A stretch of DNA of 64,000 nt from an uncultured Verrucomicrobiota bacterium (GCA_964526745.1 CAZGMQ010000002.1:1604-65603), one strand, 5' to 3'. Counted from the stretch's first letter, positions 10,671 through 19,908 are shown. Translations and numbers: made by a program. The notes: a model not told the origin generated them from the letters alone.

Positions 10671-11069
10671 ATGAGTTGTTCTGATCCCATCGCGGATATG
10701 TTGACCTGCATCCGCAATGCAAGTAAGGCCGGTTTGCCGGCCACCGAGATGAGCCATTCCCGCATGAAAGCGGAGATTGCTCGCATCTTGAAGAAGGAAG
10801 GCTACATCGCTGATGTAGCAGAGGGCGATGACGAAGGCAAAAAAAGCCTGCGCGTGGTCCTGAAGTATGATTACAACGAGAAACCTGTCATCCAGGCGAT
10901 CAACCGCGAGAGCAAGCCCGGCTTGCGCCGCTATGTGCCGGCGGCCGAGATCCCGCGGGTGCGGGGCGGTCTGGGTACCGCGGTTCTGAGTACCAGCCGG
11001 GGCGTTATGTCCGACCGCGAGGCCCGTACGGCCCACGTGGGCGGCGAAGTGCTCTGCAAAGTCTGGTAA
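10671..11069 (+). CDS. rpsH: 30S ribosomal protein S8
   Basis: MSCSDPIADMLTCIRNASKAG...VLSTSRGVMSDREARTAHVGGEVLCKVW. Confidence 0.95.
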   Translation: MSCSDPIADMLTCIRNASKAGLPATEMSHSRMKAEIARILKKEGYIADVAEGDDEGKKSLRVVLKYDYNEKPVIQAINRESKPGLRRYVPAAEIPRVRGGLGTAVLSTSRGVMSDREARTAHVGGEVLCKVW

Positions 11070-11087
11070 GCGGAGGGAAGAAGAATC

Positions 11088-11624
11088 ATGTCAAGAATTG
11101 GAAAACAGCCGGTGACCCTGCCGGAGGGTGTCTCCGCCAGCCTTGAGGCCGGTGTGATGACCCTGAAGGGACCCCAAGGCGAGCTTTCGCTGCGTATCCC
11201 GACCACAGTCGAGGTGAAGCAGGACGGTCAGGTATTGACCGTGGTTCGCTTGGGCGATGAAAAACAGAACCGGTCCGACCACGGCACCATCCGCGCCTTG
11301 TTGCAAAACATGACGGTGGGCGTCAAGGACGGGTACAGCCGCGAACTGGAAATCCAGGGCGTGGGCTTCCGGGCCTCCATGGCCGGGAACGATCTGACAA
11401 TGAACGTGGGCTATTCCCATCCGGTGGAATATACGGTGCCGGACGGCATCACCCTGACTGTGACCGACAGCACGAAGCTGAAAGTTACGGGGATTGATAA
11501 ACAACTGGTGGGACAGGTGGCCGCGCGGATTCGCGCGTTTTGTCCGCCGGAACCTTACAAGGGCAAAGGCGTGCGCTATAAAGACGAGCGCGTACGTCGG
11601 AAAGCGGGCAAGACGGTGGCGTAA
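11088..11624 (+). CDS. rplF: 50S ribosomal protein L6
   Basis: MSRIGKQPVTLPEGVSASLEAGVMTLKGPQGEL. Confidence 0.95.
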   Translation: MSRIGKQPVTLPEGVSASLEAGVMTLKGPQGELSLRIPTTVEVKQDGQVLTVVRLGDEKQNRSDHGTIRALLQNMTVGVKDGYSRELEIQGVGFRASMAGNDLTMNVGYSHPVEYTVPDGITLTVTDSTKLKVTGIDKQLVGQVAARIRAFCPPEPYKGKGVRYKDERVRRKAGKTVA

Positions 11625-11626
11625 TC

Positions 11627-11983
11627 ATGAAAGTCAAAAACCTCAAAGATTATCGAGTTCGTCGGCATATGCGCCTGCGCCGCAAGGTGCAGGGTACGCC
11701 AGAGCGCCCGCGCATGAGCGTGTTCGTTTCCAACAAGCACCTCTACGTGCAGTTTATCGACGATGCCGCCGCCAAAACGTTGGCCGCTGTATCGACGGTG
11801 GAAGGCGCATTGAAGGGCCAGAGACTGACTGTCGAAACGGCAAAGCAGCTCGGCGCGTTAGCGGCCAAGGCCGCTCAGGACAAGGGCATCCATACGATCG
11901 TTTTCGATCGGGGTGGATTTGCCTATCGTGGTCGGATGCAGGCGCTGGCGGATGCCGCGCGAGAAGGCGGCCTGAAGTTTTAA
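11627..11983 (+). CDS. rplR: 50S ribosomal protein L18
   Basis: RPRMSVFVSNKHLYVQFIDDAAAKTLAAVST...VFDRGGFAYRGRMQALADAAREGGLKF. Confidence 0.92.
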   Translation: MKVKNLKDYRVRRHMRLRRKVQGTPERPRMSVFVSNKHLYVQFIDDAAAKTLAAVSTVEGALKGQRLTVETAKQLGALAAKAAQDKGIHTIVFDRGGFAYRGRMQALADAAREGGLKF

Positions 11984-12014
11984 CGTCTGCACAACCCAGG
12001 CATGAGGATAACCG

Positions 12015-12503
12015 ATGAAACGTGAATTCAAGAGAAAAGAGCAGAACCCAAGCGAGGCGATGGAACGCGTCGTGCAAGTGAACCGCTGTTCCAAAGTGGT
12101 AAAGGGTGGACGTCGCTTCAGCTTTTCCGCCTTGGTGGTGGTGGGTGATCGAAACGGCCAGGTCGGCTATGCCCTGGGCAAAGCCCGGGAAAATGCCGAT
12201 GCCATTCGTAAGGCTACGGAATTGGCCCGCCGCAATATGATCAAAGTGACCATGAATGATCGCACGCTCCCTCACGAGGTGATCGGGCGCTGTGGAGCTT
12301 CCCGCGTGATGCTCAAGCCCGCCTCCAAGGGTACGGGCGTAATCGCTGGTGGCGGTGCCCGCGCGGTGCTGGATCTTTCCGGTGTACGCGATGTGCTGTG
12401 CAAATCACTGGGCGCGACCAGCGCACTCAATGTGGTCAAAGCCACGATGAACGGTCTGATGCAGATGCGCTCCCGCGAGGAGACAGAGGCGCTTCGCTCA
12501 TAA
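12015..12503 (+). CDS. rpsE: 30S ribosomal protein S5
   Basis: VQVNRCSKVVKGGRRFSFSALVVVGDRNGQVGYALGKARE. Confidence 0.95.
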   Translation: MKREFKRKEQNPSEAMERVVQVNRCSKVVKGGRRFSFSALVVVGDRNGQVGYALGKARENADAIRKATELARRNMIKVTMNDRTLPHEVIGRCGASRVMLKPASKGTGVIAGGGARAVLDLSGVRDVLCKSLGATSALNVVKATMNGLMQMRSREETEALRS

Positions 12504-12527
12504 CGAATTGAAAGGGTAGGAGATACC

Positions 12528-12965
12528 ATGAACTTGCATTCCTTGAAGAATAGCAACGGCGCCAAAAAGAGCCGTAAACGTGTGGGTCGGGGCGAGTCCT
12601 CCGGCAGAGGTAAGACGTCCGGTAAGGGCCATAAGGGTCAGATGGCCCGTTCGGGTCATAAGCATAAACCCCTTTTCGAAGGTGGACAGATGCGCCTGAT
12701 CCGTAAAGTTCCCAAACGCGGATTCACCAGTCCTAACCGTGTGGAATATTCTGCGCTGAATATCGGCGATCTGGCGAAAAGCCTCAAGGGGGATATCACC
12801 CCAGAGACGCTGATCCAGGCCGGTCGTGTCAGCAAGAAGAGCCTAATCAAAATCCTGGGTTGCGGCGACATCGCCGAAGCCCGTACGGTCAAGGCCCACG
12901 CGTTCAGCGCGACGGCCAAGGCCAAGATCGAGCAAGCGGGCGGCACCTGCGAAGTGATTTCCTGA
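12528..12965 (+). CDS. rplO: 50S ribosomal protein L15
   Basis: MNLHSLKNSNGAKKSRKRVGRGESSGRGKTSGKGHKGQ. No rpmD (L30) lies between rpsE and rplO. Confidence 0.92.
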   Translation: MNLHSLKNSNGAKKSRKRVGRGESSGRGKTSGKGHKGQMARSGHKHKPLFEGGQMRLIRKVPKRGFTSPNRVEYSALNIGDLAKSLKGDITPETLIQAGRVSKKSLIKILGCGDIAEARTVKAHAFSATAKAKIEQAGGTCEVIS

Positions 12966-12990
12966 GCAACCTGAATCGAAAGGGGCCCTG

Positions 12991-14343
12991 ATGCTCTCTG
13001 CATTCACCAATAGTCTTAAGATACCTGAGCTGCGCCAGCGCATCTTCTTTACGATCGCGATGATCTTCGTGTGTCGCCTGATTGCGGTCATCCCTACGCC
13101 CGGCGTGGACGCGGCCAGCCTTCAGTCTCTCTTTGATCGGATGGCTGCCTCTGGTGGCAACATCGGATTCATGGGCATGCTGGATCTCTTCAGCGGTGGT
13201 GGACTGAAAAAGGCCGCCATTGGCGCCCTGGGCATCATGCCGAGCATCAGTGCTTCGATTATTCTACAGCTGCTGACGGCAGTGGTCCCCTCGCTAGAGA
13301 AGCTGGCGCGCGAAGGCGATTCCGGCCGCCAGAAAATTATTCAGTACGGTCGCTATCTCACGTTGATCCTGTGTGTGGTCCAGGGGTATGCCATGGCCTC
13401 CGTCCTTCTCAATCCCGCGGCCATGGGCTTGAAGGTGATGGAAGGGGAATCCATTGTGCTCATGTCGCACATACCCTTCATCCTGCTCACGATCCTGACG
13501 ATGACAACGGGTACGATGATGTTAATGTGGCTGGGTGAGCAGATCACCGCACGCGGCATCGGGAACGGCATTTCGCTGATCATCACGATCAGCATCGTCA
13601 GCCGACTTCCCGGTGCGATTCAGCAGTCCGTGGATATGTTCAAGGACGGTTCGGCCAATATCTTCATGCTGGTGGCCATGCTGGTCCTGGCCTTCCTGGT
13701 GATCGGCGGTGTCATTGCGGTGACGCAGGCACAGCGGAAAATCCCAGTACAATATGCCAAGCGGGTGGTGGGGCGCAAAACCTACGGTGGACAGAGCACC
13801 TATATGCCGCTGCGCGTGAACTACTCGGGTGTGATGCCGATCATCTTCGCCCAGGCTATCCTGATGTTCCCCCAGCGGATTATGATGATGGTGCCAAATG
13901 ATGCCGTGAAGGCGTTTGCCTCCGTGCATCTGGCGTATGGCGGTCCCATTTATGTAACGCTGTATTCCTTGATGATTTTGTTCTTTTCCTACTTCTGGGT
14001 GGCCACGCAGTTCCATCCGGTGCAGATTGCAGATGACCTGAAGAAGTACGGCGGCTACGTCCCCGGCATCCGCCCCGGCAAGCCCACCGCCGAGTTCCTT
14101 GATCGCGTCATGACGCGAATCACGCTGGCCGGCGCTGTGTTCCTCACCGTGATTGCCGTGATGCCGATGATTCTGGCAAAAACCTTCCACATTCCGGGAA
14201 TGGTGGCACAGTTCTTCGGTGGGACCAGTCTGCTGATCATTGTGGGCGTGATGCTCGATACCATGCGCCAGGTGGAATCCCATCTGGTCACCCGTCATTA
14301 TGACGGTTTCCTCCGTAAGGGCCATCTGCGCGGCCGTCGCTGA
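12991..14343 (+). CDS. secY: preprotein translocase subunit SecY
   Basis: 450 aa with 10 TM helices. IPELRQRIFFTIAMIFVCRLIAVIPTPGVD, GIMPSISASIILQLL. Confidence 0.95.
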   Translation: MLSAFTNSLKIPELRQRIFFTIAMIFVCRLIAVIPTPGVDAASLQSLFDRMAASGGNIGFMGMLDLFSGGGLKKAAIGALGIMPSISASIILQLLTAVVPSLEKLAREGDSGRQKIIQYGRYLTLILCVVQGYAMASVLLNPAAMGLKVMEGESIVLMSHIPFILLTILTMTTGTMMLMWLGEQITARGIGNGISLIITISIVSRLPGAIQQSVDMFKDGSANIFMLVAMLVLAFLVIGGVIAVTQAQRKIPVQYAKRVVGRKTYGGQSTYMPLRVNYSGVMPIIFAQAILMFPQRIMMMVPNDAVKAFASVHLAYGGPIYVTLYSLMILFFSYFWVATQFHPVQIADDLKKYGGYVPGIRPGKPTAEFLDRVMTRITLAGAVFLTVIAVMPMILAKTFHIPGMVAQFFGGTSLLIIVGVMLDTMRQVESHLVTRHYDGFLRKGHLRGRR

Positions 14344-14367
14344 TCCGAAGGGAAAGAAAGGAAACGC

Positions 14368-15012
14368 ATGAAAGCCATTATTCTTCTTGGAGCCCCTGGC
14401 GCGGGTAAAGGCACCCTCGCTGAAGGAATCCGCAACGCGACTGATTTCATCCATGTTTCCACGGGCGACATGCTTCGTGCTGCGCTCAAAGCTGGCACCG
14501 AGACCGGCCTGGAGGCCAAATCCTATATGGAAAAAGGGGAGCTGGTTCCCGATGACGTCATTATGCGGATCGTGGGGGAGCGCCTCTCCCAGGGGCAGGA
14601 CTCCGATCAGGTTATGTTTGATGGCTTCCCGCGCACCTCGGAACAGGCCCGTTTGCTGGACGAAACTCTGGAGAAGAGCGGTGCGAAAGTCGATCAGGTC
14701 TTTTTGCTCGAAGTGCCGACCGATGTGATCGTCAACCGCCTGAGCGGCCGCCGGATCTGCAAGGGCTGCGGCGCTGTGTATCATGTGACCAACATTCCTT
14801 CCAAAGTGGAAGGCGTGTGCGACCAGTGTGGCGGGGCGCTCTATCAGCGTCCGGACGACAGTGAAGCCACCGTGTTGAACCGCCTGGAAGTCTATGAGAA
14901 GCAGACGGCCAGCCTGATTGATTTTTATGAGAAGAAGGGTGTTCTGGTCCGCATCAATGCCGGGACGAATCCCCAGGCGGCGACTGCGGAGCTGATGTCC
15001 AAATTGGCCTGA
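14368..15012 (+). CDS. adk: adenylate kinase (zinc-lid type)
   Basis: ILLGAPGAGKGTLAE P-loop. Lid CKGCGAVYHV...CDQCGG. Confidence 0.95.
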   Translation: MKAIILLGAPGAGKGTLAEGIRNATDFIHVSTGDMLRAALKAGTETGLEAKSYMEKGELVPDDVIMRIVGERLSQGQDSDQVMFDGFPRTSEQARLLDETLEKSGAKVDQVFLLEVPTDVIVNRLSGRRICKGCGAVYHVTNIPSKVEGVCDQCGGALYQRPDDSEATVLNRLEVYEKQTASLIDFYEKKGVLVRINAGTNPQAATAELMSKLA

Positions 15013-15026
15013 GCTGGCGGAGTCCG

Positions 15027-15785
15027 ATGATCCCCATCAAAACGTCATCGGACTTGAAAAGTATGCGGGTTGCCTGCCGTCTGTCGGCTCAAATTTTGGC
15101 GGAGGTCGCGGCGGAAGTCCGCGCCGGTGTGACGACGGGAGAACTCGATGCCTTTGCCGCGAAGCGGATGCGGGAACTTGGGGTCGAGAGCGCTTTTTTG
15201 GGATATGGCGGTTTTCCGGGAACTTGCTGCATCTCTCTGAATGAAGAGGTGGTGCACGGAATTCCAGGGCCGCGCGTGATCAACAATGGTGATATGGTCA
15301 GCGTCGATCTGGGTGTGACCGCCGAACAGTTTATCGGCGACAACGCCACCACGGTCTGTGTGGGCGATGTCGATGCGGAAATCCGCCGGTTGTGCGATGT
15401 GACAGAGGCCTCACTGCTGGCCGGCATCGATGCCGCCCGTGCTGGATCCCGGCTGAGCGATATCGGCCACGCGGTGCAGACAGTCGCGGAAGCCGCTGGA
15501 TTTTCGGTAGTCCGTGATTTTTGCGGTCATGGTGTGGGGCGGAACCTGCATGAGGATCCGCAGATTCCCAATTACGGGGCTCCGGGCAAGGGCCCGATGC
15601 TGAAGCCGGGAATGACGCTCGCGATTGAGCCGATGGTCAATCAGGGCGGCTATGCCGTTGAGGTGATGTCGGATGAATGGACCGTCAAGACCCGGGACCG
15701 GTTGCGGTCGGCCCATTATGAGCATACGGTGCTCATTGTGGACAAGGGTCCGGCGGAAATTCTGACGTGCACGGAAAAGAGATAA
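15027..15785 (+). CDS. map: type I methionine aminopeptidase
   Basis: 252 aa. Metal ligands in GYGGFPGTCCISLNEEVVHGIP...DIGHAVQ...HGVGRNLHEDP...TLAIEPM. Confidence 0.93.
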   Translation: MIPIKTSSDLKSMRVACRLSAQILAEVAAEVRAGVTTGELDAFAAKRMRELGVESAFLGYGGFPGTCCISLNEEVVHGIPGPRVINNGDMVSVDLGVTAEQFIGDNATTVCVGDVDAEIRRLCDVTEASLLAGIDAARAGSRLSDIGHAVQTVAEAAGFSVVRDFCGHGVGRNLHEDPQIPNYGAPGKGPMLKPGMTLAIEPMVNQGGYAVEVMSDEWTVKTRDRLRSAHYEHTVLIVDKGPAEILTCTEKR

Positions 15786-16003
15786 TTGAGCTGGACGCGG
15801 AGGTTATGGGTGTGATAGACACTCGTGCTTTCCGTGCCAGATTAGGGAACGGACATGAGTTCACAGCGTTCGTTCCGCGGGAGAAAGCCCCCGGGTCCGA
15901 GAGAACCATTCTCCCGGGCGTACGGGTTCGTGTGTGTCTGTCGCCGTTCGACATGTCACGCGGAGAAATTTTAGAAGTCGTGAAGACAGAGGCGAAAAGA
16001 TGA
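15767..16003 (+). CDS. infA: translation initiation factor IF-1
   Basis: [34 protein letters not shown]...[22 protein letters not shown] aligns to the IF-1 S1-like fold. Overlaps map by 19 nt. Alternative ATG at 15806. Confidence 0.8.
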   Translation: MHGKEIIELDAEVMGVIDTRAFRARLGNGHEFTAFVPREKAPGSERTILPGVRVRVCLSPFDMSRGEILEVVKTEAKR

Positions 16004-16113
16004 AAGTAAGAACATCGGTAAAACGGATTTGCGAGCGCTGCAAGATTGTGCGTCGCAAGGGCGTGGTGCGTGTCATTTGCACCGATCTGCGCCACAAGCA
16101 GCGTCAAGGCTAA
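16000..16113 (+). CDS. rpmJ: 50S ribosomal protein L36
   Basis: 37 aa [37 protein letters not shown], read directly from sequence. ATGA overlap with infA stop. Not in the ORF track (<60 aa). Confidence 0.85.
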   Translation: MKVRTSVKRICERCKIVRRKGVVRVICTDLRHKQRQG

Positions 16114-16130
16114 GTAGGAGAAGTAGTACA

Positions 16131-16532
16131 ATGCCCAGAGTGATTGGTGTCGATATTCCCGGTAAGAAACGCATTGAATATGCGTTACGATATATCTATG
16201 GCGTGGGCCCGACCCGTGCCAAGCAATTGGTCGAACAGATGAAAATCGATCCGGCCACCAAGGCAGATGATTTGACAGGCGAAGAAATCGCCAAGCTGTC
16301 AAAAATGCTTCAGGAAGACTATGTGGTGGAAGGTGACCTGCGCCGTGAGGTGTCGGGAAATATCCGCCGTTTGATTTCGGTGAACTGCTATCGTGGCATT
16401 CGCCATCGCAAGGGTCTGCCCGTTCGCGGTCAGCGCACCAGTACCAATGCCCGTACCCGTAAGGGACCTCGCAAGACGGTGGGCGCTGTTCGCGGCAAGG
16501 AAGCTCGTTCAGCGATGAAGGCCGGCAAGTAA
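16131..16532 (+). CDS. rpsM: 30S ribosomal protein S13
   Basis: Internal start MPRVIGVDIPGKKRIEYALRYIYGVGPTRAKQ. 133 aa. Confidence 0.92.
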   Translation: MPRVIGVDIPGKKRIEYALRYIYGVGPTRAKQLVEQMKIDPATKADDLTGEEIAKLSKMLQEDYVVEGDLRREVSGNIRRLISVNCYRGIRHRKGLPVRGQRTSTNARTRKGPRKTVGAVRGKEARSAMKAGK

Positions 16533-16545
16533 GAGGATTTGAGAT

Positions 16546-17262
16546 ATGGCTGATGAAACCAAAGATGATGTGAAGGCCGAAGCCCCTGTCGTAGACGCGG
16601 CTCTGACCCCGGTGGAAACCCCCGCCGAAAAGGAAGCCCCGAAAGCGGAGAAGGCTCCTGCGAAGGAAAAAGCTCCTGCGAAGAAAAAGGCTCCGGCAAA
16701 GGAGAAGGCTCCTGCGAAGGAAAAAGCTCCTGCGAAGGAGAAGGCTCCCGCAGCGAAAGAAGCTGCTCCTGCTGAGAAGACGGAAGAAGCGGTGCCTGAG
16801 AAGCCTGCGAAGCCGAAAGATACACTCACTCTGATCGATGAGGCCAACGCGCCTGCTGGGGCAAAACCGGATGATGGCAAGCCGGTCCCACGTCGCCGTT
16901 CCAAGGGCTCCAAGAATATTCCGGTGGGCATCGTCCACATCCTGGCTTCGTTCAACAACACGACCGTCAGCATCACCGACCAGCGCGGGAATGTCATTTC
17001 CTGGAGCAATGGCGGCCGCTGCGGATTCAAAGGATCTCGCAAGAGTACGGCCTACGCCGGAACGATTGTGTGTCAGGAAGCGTGCAAAGTGGCCCTGGGC
17101 CACGGCCTGCACGAAGTCGAAATTCGCGTGCAGGGTCCCGGCTCCGGCCGTGAGTCCGCCATCCGCGCGGTGCAGGCGTGCGGGCTGTCCATTACGGGCA
17201 TCACGGACATCACACCGATTCCGCATAACGGATGCCGCGCGCCGAAGCGCCGACGCGTCTAA
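16546..17262 (+). CDS. rpsK: 30S ribosomal protein S11 with ~105-aa N-terminal K/A/P/E-rich repeat extension
   Basis: C-terminal 130 aa is canonical S11 ([34 protein letters not shown]...). The N-terminus carries (KAPAKE)n repeats. Confidence 0.9.
   Translation: MADETKDDVKAEAPVVDAALTPVETPAEKEAPKAEKAPAKEKAPAKKKAPAKEKAPAKEKAPAKEKAPAAKEAAPAEKTEEAVPEKPAKPKDTLTLIDEANAPAGAKPDDGKPVPRRRSKGSKNIPVGIVHILASFNNTTVSITDQRGNVISWSNGGRCGFKGSRKSTAYAGTIVCQEACKVALGHGLHEVEIRVQGPGSGRESAIRAVQACGLSITGITDITPIPHNGCRAPKRRRV
16642..16767 (+). repeat. ~7 imperfect tandem copies of 18-bp unit GCGAAGGAAAAAGCTCCT (hexapeptide APAKEK) inside rpsK
   Basis: Direct reading: gcggagaaggctcct / gcgaaggaaaaagctcct / gcgaagaaaaaggctccg / gcaaaggagaaggctcct / gcgaaggaaaaagctcct / gcgaaggagaaggctccc / gcagcgaaagaagctgct. 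Confidence 0.8.
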
Positions 17263-17293
17263 ATCATTTCAAGTAGTTAGGAAGGATTCCACC

Positions 17294-17920
17294 ATGGGTA
17301 GATATATTGGACCAGCGTGTAAGCGTTGCCGTCGTTCAGGCATGAAACTCTTTTTGAAGGGTGACCGTTGTTATATGGCCAAGTGCCCGATTGAGCAGGG
17401 GCACTCCGTCCCCGGCGATCGTGGCGGCCGCCGGCCCCGTCTGAAGGACTACGGTATTCAGCTGCAGGAAAAACAGCGTCTCCGCAATATGTATGGCATG
17501 CGGGAAGGTCAGTTCCGTCTGTTCTTCGCTCGCGCGCTGCGCAGCCGCGGTGTCACCGGTGAACTGCTTCTGCAGGCGCTTGAAATGCGTCTGGACAACA
17601 TTGTGTATCGCATGGGTCTGGCGCCCTCGCGCCGTGCCGCCCGCCAGTTTGTCCTTCATGGTCACATCCGTGTCAACGGCATCAAGGTGAACATCCCTTC
17701 GTACAAGGTAAAACCCGGCGAAGTGATTCAGGCGCGTGAAACCAAGAGTAGCCGTGAATACGCCAAGGTGCATCTCGATGCCGCCGAAAGCCGCGGCTTC
17801 CCCGTCTGGTTGAACGTGAACAAGGCCGAATCCAAGGCCGAAGTTCTGCACATCCCGACCCGCGAAGAGATTGCTCCGGTCGTCAACGAGCAGCTCATTG
17901 TCGAACTCTATTCGAAGTAA
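17294..17920 (+). CDS. rpsD: 30S ribosomal protein S4
   Basis: Internal ATG gives MGRYIGPACKRCRRSGMKLFLKGDRCY..., 208 aa. The long upstream in-frame extension in the ORF track is rejected. Confidence 0.9.
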   Translation: MGRYIGPACKRCRRSGMKLFLKGDRCYMAKCPIEQGHSVPGDRGGRRPRLKDYGIQLQEKQRLRNMYGMREGQFRLFFARALRSRGVTGELLLQALEMRLDNIVYRMGLAPSRRAARQFVLHGHIRVNGIKVNIPSYKVKPGEVIQARETKSSREYAKVHLDAAESRGFPVWLNVNKAESKAEVLHIPTREEIAPVVNEQLIVELYSK

Positions 17921-17982
17921 ATCTGAATTAACATAACCGCCATATGTCCCGGTTAATGCCCGGGGCTGGAAGGAAGAAACAT

Positions 17983-18987
17983 ATGTCCACTCGTCTCAAC
18001 CGGTTTGAAATGCCGAAATTCGTCGCTAAAGACGAATCCACGGCAACGCCGACCTACGCCCAGTTTACCGCCGAGCCTTTCGAGGCTGGCTATGGCCGCA
18101 CCATCGGCAACTCGCTTCGTCGCGTGCTGCTGTCTTCTCTGGAAGGCGCCGCCATCTCCTCCGTCCGCATTCAGGGTGCCGAACATGAGTTCTGCCACTT
18201 GAAGGGATGCGTCGAGGATGTCACCGACATCGTCTTGAATCTGAAACAGGTGCTCCTGAAGATGTATACCCGCACGCCGAAGATGCTTCGCATCAAGGTC
18301 AAGGGTCCCGGCGACGTCACTGCGGGCGACATTCAGCTGGATGCCTCCGTGGAGGTGCTCAATCCGGATCAGCACATCTGCACCCTGGACACCGACGGTC
18401 TCTTTGATGCAGAAATCGAAGTCAAGATCGGCCGCGGATACTGCCAGGCCGAGTGGAACAAGAAGCCCGACCAGGAAATCGGACTCATTCCCATTGATTC
18501 TCTCTTCTCGCCGGTCCGCCGTGTGAAGTTTGATATCGAAAACACCCGCGTGGGTCGCCGCACGGATTACGACAAACTGGACCTCGAAGTCTGGACCGAC
18601 GGTCGCATCAGTCCCGACGAGGCGCTGACGCTTTCCGCTGCCATTCTTCGTCATCATCTGGACGTCTTCGTCAACTTCGACAAGGACATCGTCGAGTTCC
18701 AGGAGAACGAGAAGACCGTGGATCCCGCCCGTGAAGAACTCGCCAAGAAGCTGGGTATCAGCGTCAACGAGATCGAGCTGAGCGTGCGTGCAGCCAATTG
18801 CCTGAACAACGCCAACATCACCACCGTGGGTGAGCTGGCACAGAAGAGCGAAGCCGAAATGCTGAAATACCGCAACTTCGGAAAGAAGTCGCTCAACGAA
18901 ATCAAACAGAAGCTGGTGGAACTGGGGCTTTCGCTGGGTATGGCTTTCGATGCCGACCTGCTGAAGCTGACCGATCCCGAAGACTAA
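17983..18987 (+). CDS. rpoA: DNA-directed RNA polymerase subunit alpha
   Basis: MSTRLNRFEMPKFVAKDE...GYGRTIGNSLRRVLLSSLEGAAI. C-terminal alpha-CTD ELSVRAANCLNNANITTVGEL. GGAAGG SD present. Confidence 0.92.
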   Translation: MSTRLNRFEMPKFVAKDESTATPTYAQFTAEPFEAGYGRTIGNSLRRVLLSSLEGAAISSVRIQGAEHEFCHLKGCVEDVTDIVLNLKQVLLKMYTRTPKMLRIKVKGPGDVTAGDIQLDASVEVLNPDQHICTLDTDGLFDAEIEVKIGRGYCQAEWNKKPDQEIGLIPIDSLFSPVRRVKFDIENTRVGRRTDYDKLDLEVWTDGRISPDEALTLSAAILRHHLDVFVNFDKDIVEFQENEKTVDPAREELAKKLGISVNEIELSVRAANCLNNANITTVGELAQKSEAEMLKYRNFGKKSLNEIKQKLVELGLSLGMAFDADLLKLTDPED

Positions 18988-19005
18988 TCGAGACAGGAGC
19001 CTCTC

Positions 19006-19533
19006 ATGCGTCATCGTCAATTAACCGTAAAACTAGGCCGCAACTCCTCGCAGCGTGAAGCGCTGTTTGCGAGCATGGTCAGCAACCTCATCCTCGTCAA
19101 ACGCTGCAAAACCACCCTGCCGAAAGCCCGCTATGCCAGGCGCGTGGCCGAAAAGATGGTCACCCTCGGCAAGAAGGGGACCCTTGCGGCACGCCGTCAG
19201 GCCCTTTCCACGCTGAAGCAGGAACCGGCCGTACGGGAATTGTTTTCCGCGGTGGCTCCGGCCATGCAGGACCGTCAGGGCGGCTACACCCGCATCATCA
19301 AACTGGGCAAGCGCATGAGCGACAGCAGCGAAATGTGCATTCTGGAATTTGTGGACTTTGTCCCAAAAGCCAAAAAAGCCAAGAAGGTTGAAGAAGAAGC
19401 CCCCAAAAAGGCCGAAAAGAAGGCCAAACCGGCCAAAAAGGCCGAAAAAGCTGAAAAATCGGTCAAAAAGGCTGAAAAAGCTCCGAAAAAAGCCAAAAAA
19501 GCCAAAGCAGTGAAAAAAGACGAAGACAAGTAA
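19006..19533 (+). CDS. rplQ: 50S ribosomal protein L17 with lysine/alanine/glutamate-rich C-terminal tail
   Basis: MRHRQLTVKLGRNSSQREALFASMVSNLI...GGYTRIIKLGKR, then ~55 aa KAKKAKKVEEEAPKKAEKKAKPAKKAEKAEK... Confidence 0.9.
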   Translation: MRHRQLTVKLGRNSSQREALFASMVSNLILVKRCKTTLPKARYARRVAEKMVTLGKKGTLAARRQALSTLKQEPAVRELFSAVAPAMQDRQGGYTRIIKLGKRMSDSSEMCILEFVDFVPKAKKAKKVEEEAPKKAEKKAKPAKKAEKAEKSVKKAEKAPKKAKKAKAVKKDEDK

Positions 19534-19558
19534 GATTTCTCTTTTGTTCACACAAAAA

Positions 19559-19590
19559 CGGCATCCGCATTGCGGGTGCCGATTTTTTGT
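19559..19590 (+). terminator. rho-independent terminator ending the fusA-rplQ supercluster
   Basis: CGGCATCCGC-ATT-GCGGGTGCCG stem (10 bp, one G-U) followed by ATTTTTTGT. Confidence 0.7.
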
Positions 19591-19908
19591 GCCTGTATGC
19601 CGTTTGGCTGCGCCAACAGTCTACATCGGTTTCGGAACCGGAAGGATGAAGAGTTTTCACGCAAAGGCGCAATAGGACGCAAAGAAGTTTTGGACAAGGT
19701 ACGTGCTTTGGGGGTGAATAATCCACGATAAGGATCGAAAATGGATAGATACGCCTAAAAATCGGTCAAAATCGGCCAAAGTAGACTTTGGGGTCTCCAA
19801 AATAGATGGTGGGTCTCTTTGTTTCTTTTCCGGCGGCTCAGCTCAAATATGAAGTTGAACCTCAGGGGGCTCTGTGAGAGGCATTCAAGCATGCCTTGAA
19901 GTCGTGGA

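Noticed and set aside
15733-17226. 497-aa minus-strand ORF (and similar long antisense ORFs at 13522-14784, 7615-8559, 2098-2826, 17953-19020) inside the ribosomal cluster
   Set aside because: Shadow ORFs typical of high-GC DNA. They are antisense to strongly conserved ribosomal-protein, secY and rpoA reading frames. They give low-complexity Arg/Ser/Pro-rich translations and have no independent signals.
16838-17920. 360-aa ORF-track version of rpsD with a 150-aa N-terminal extension
   Set aside because: The canonical S4 N-terminus MGRYIGPACKRCRR begins at the internal ATG 17294 with its own spacing after rpsK. The upstream part is an out-of-frame overlap of rpsK.
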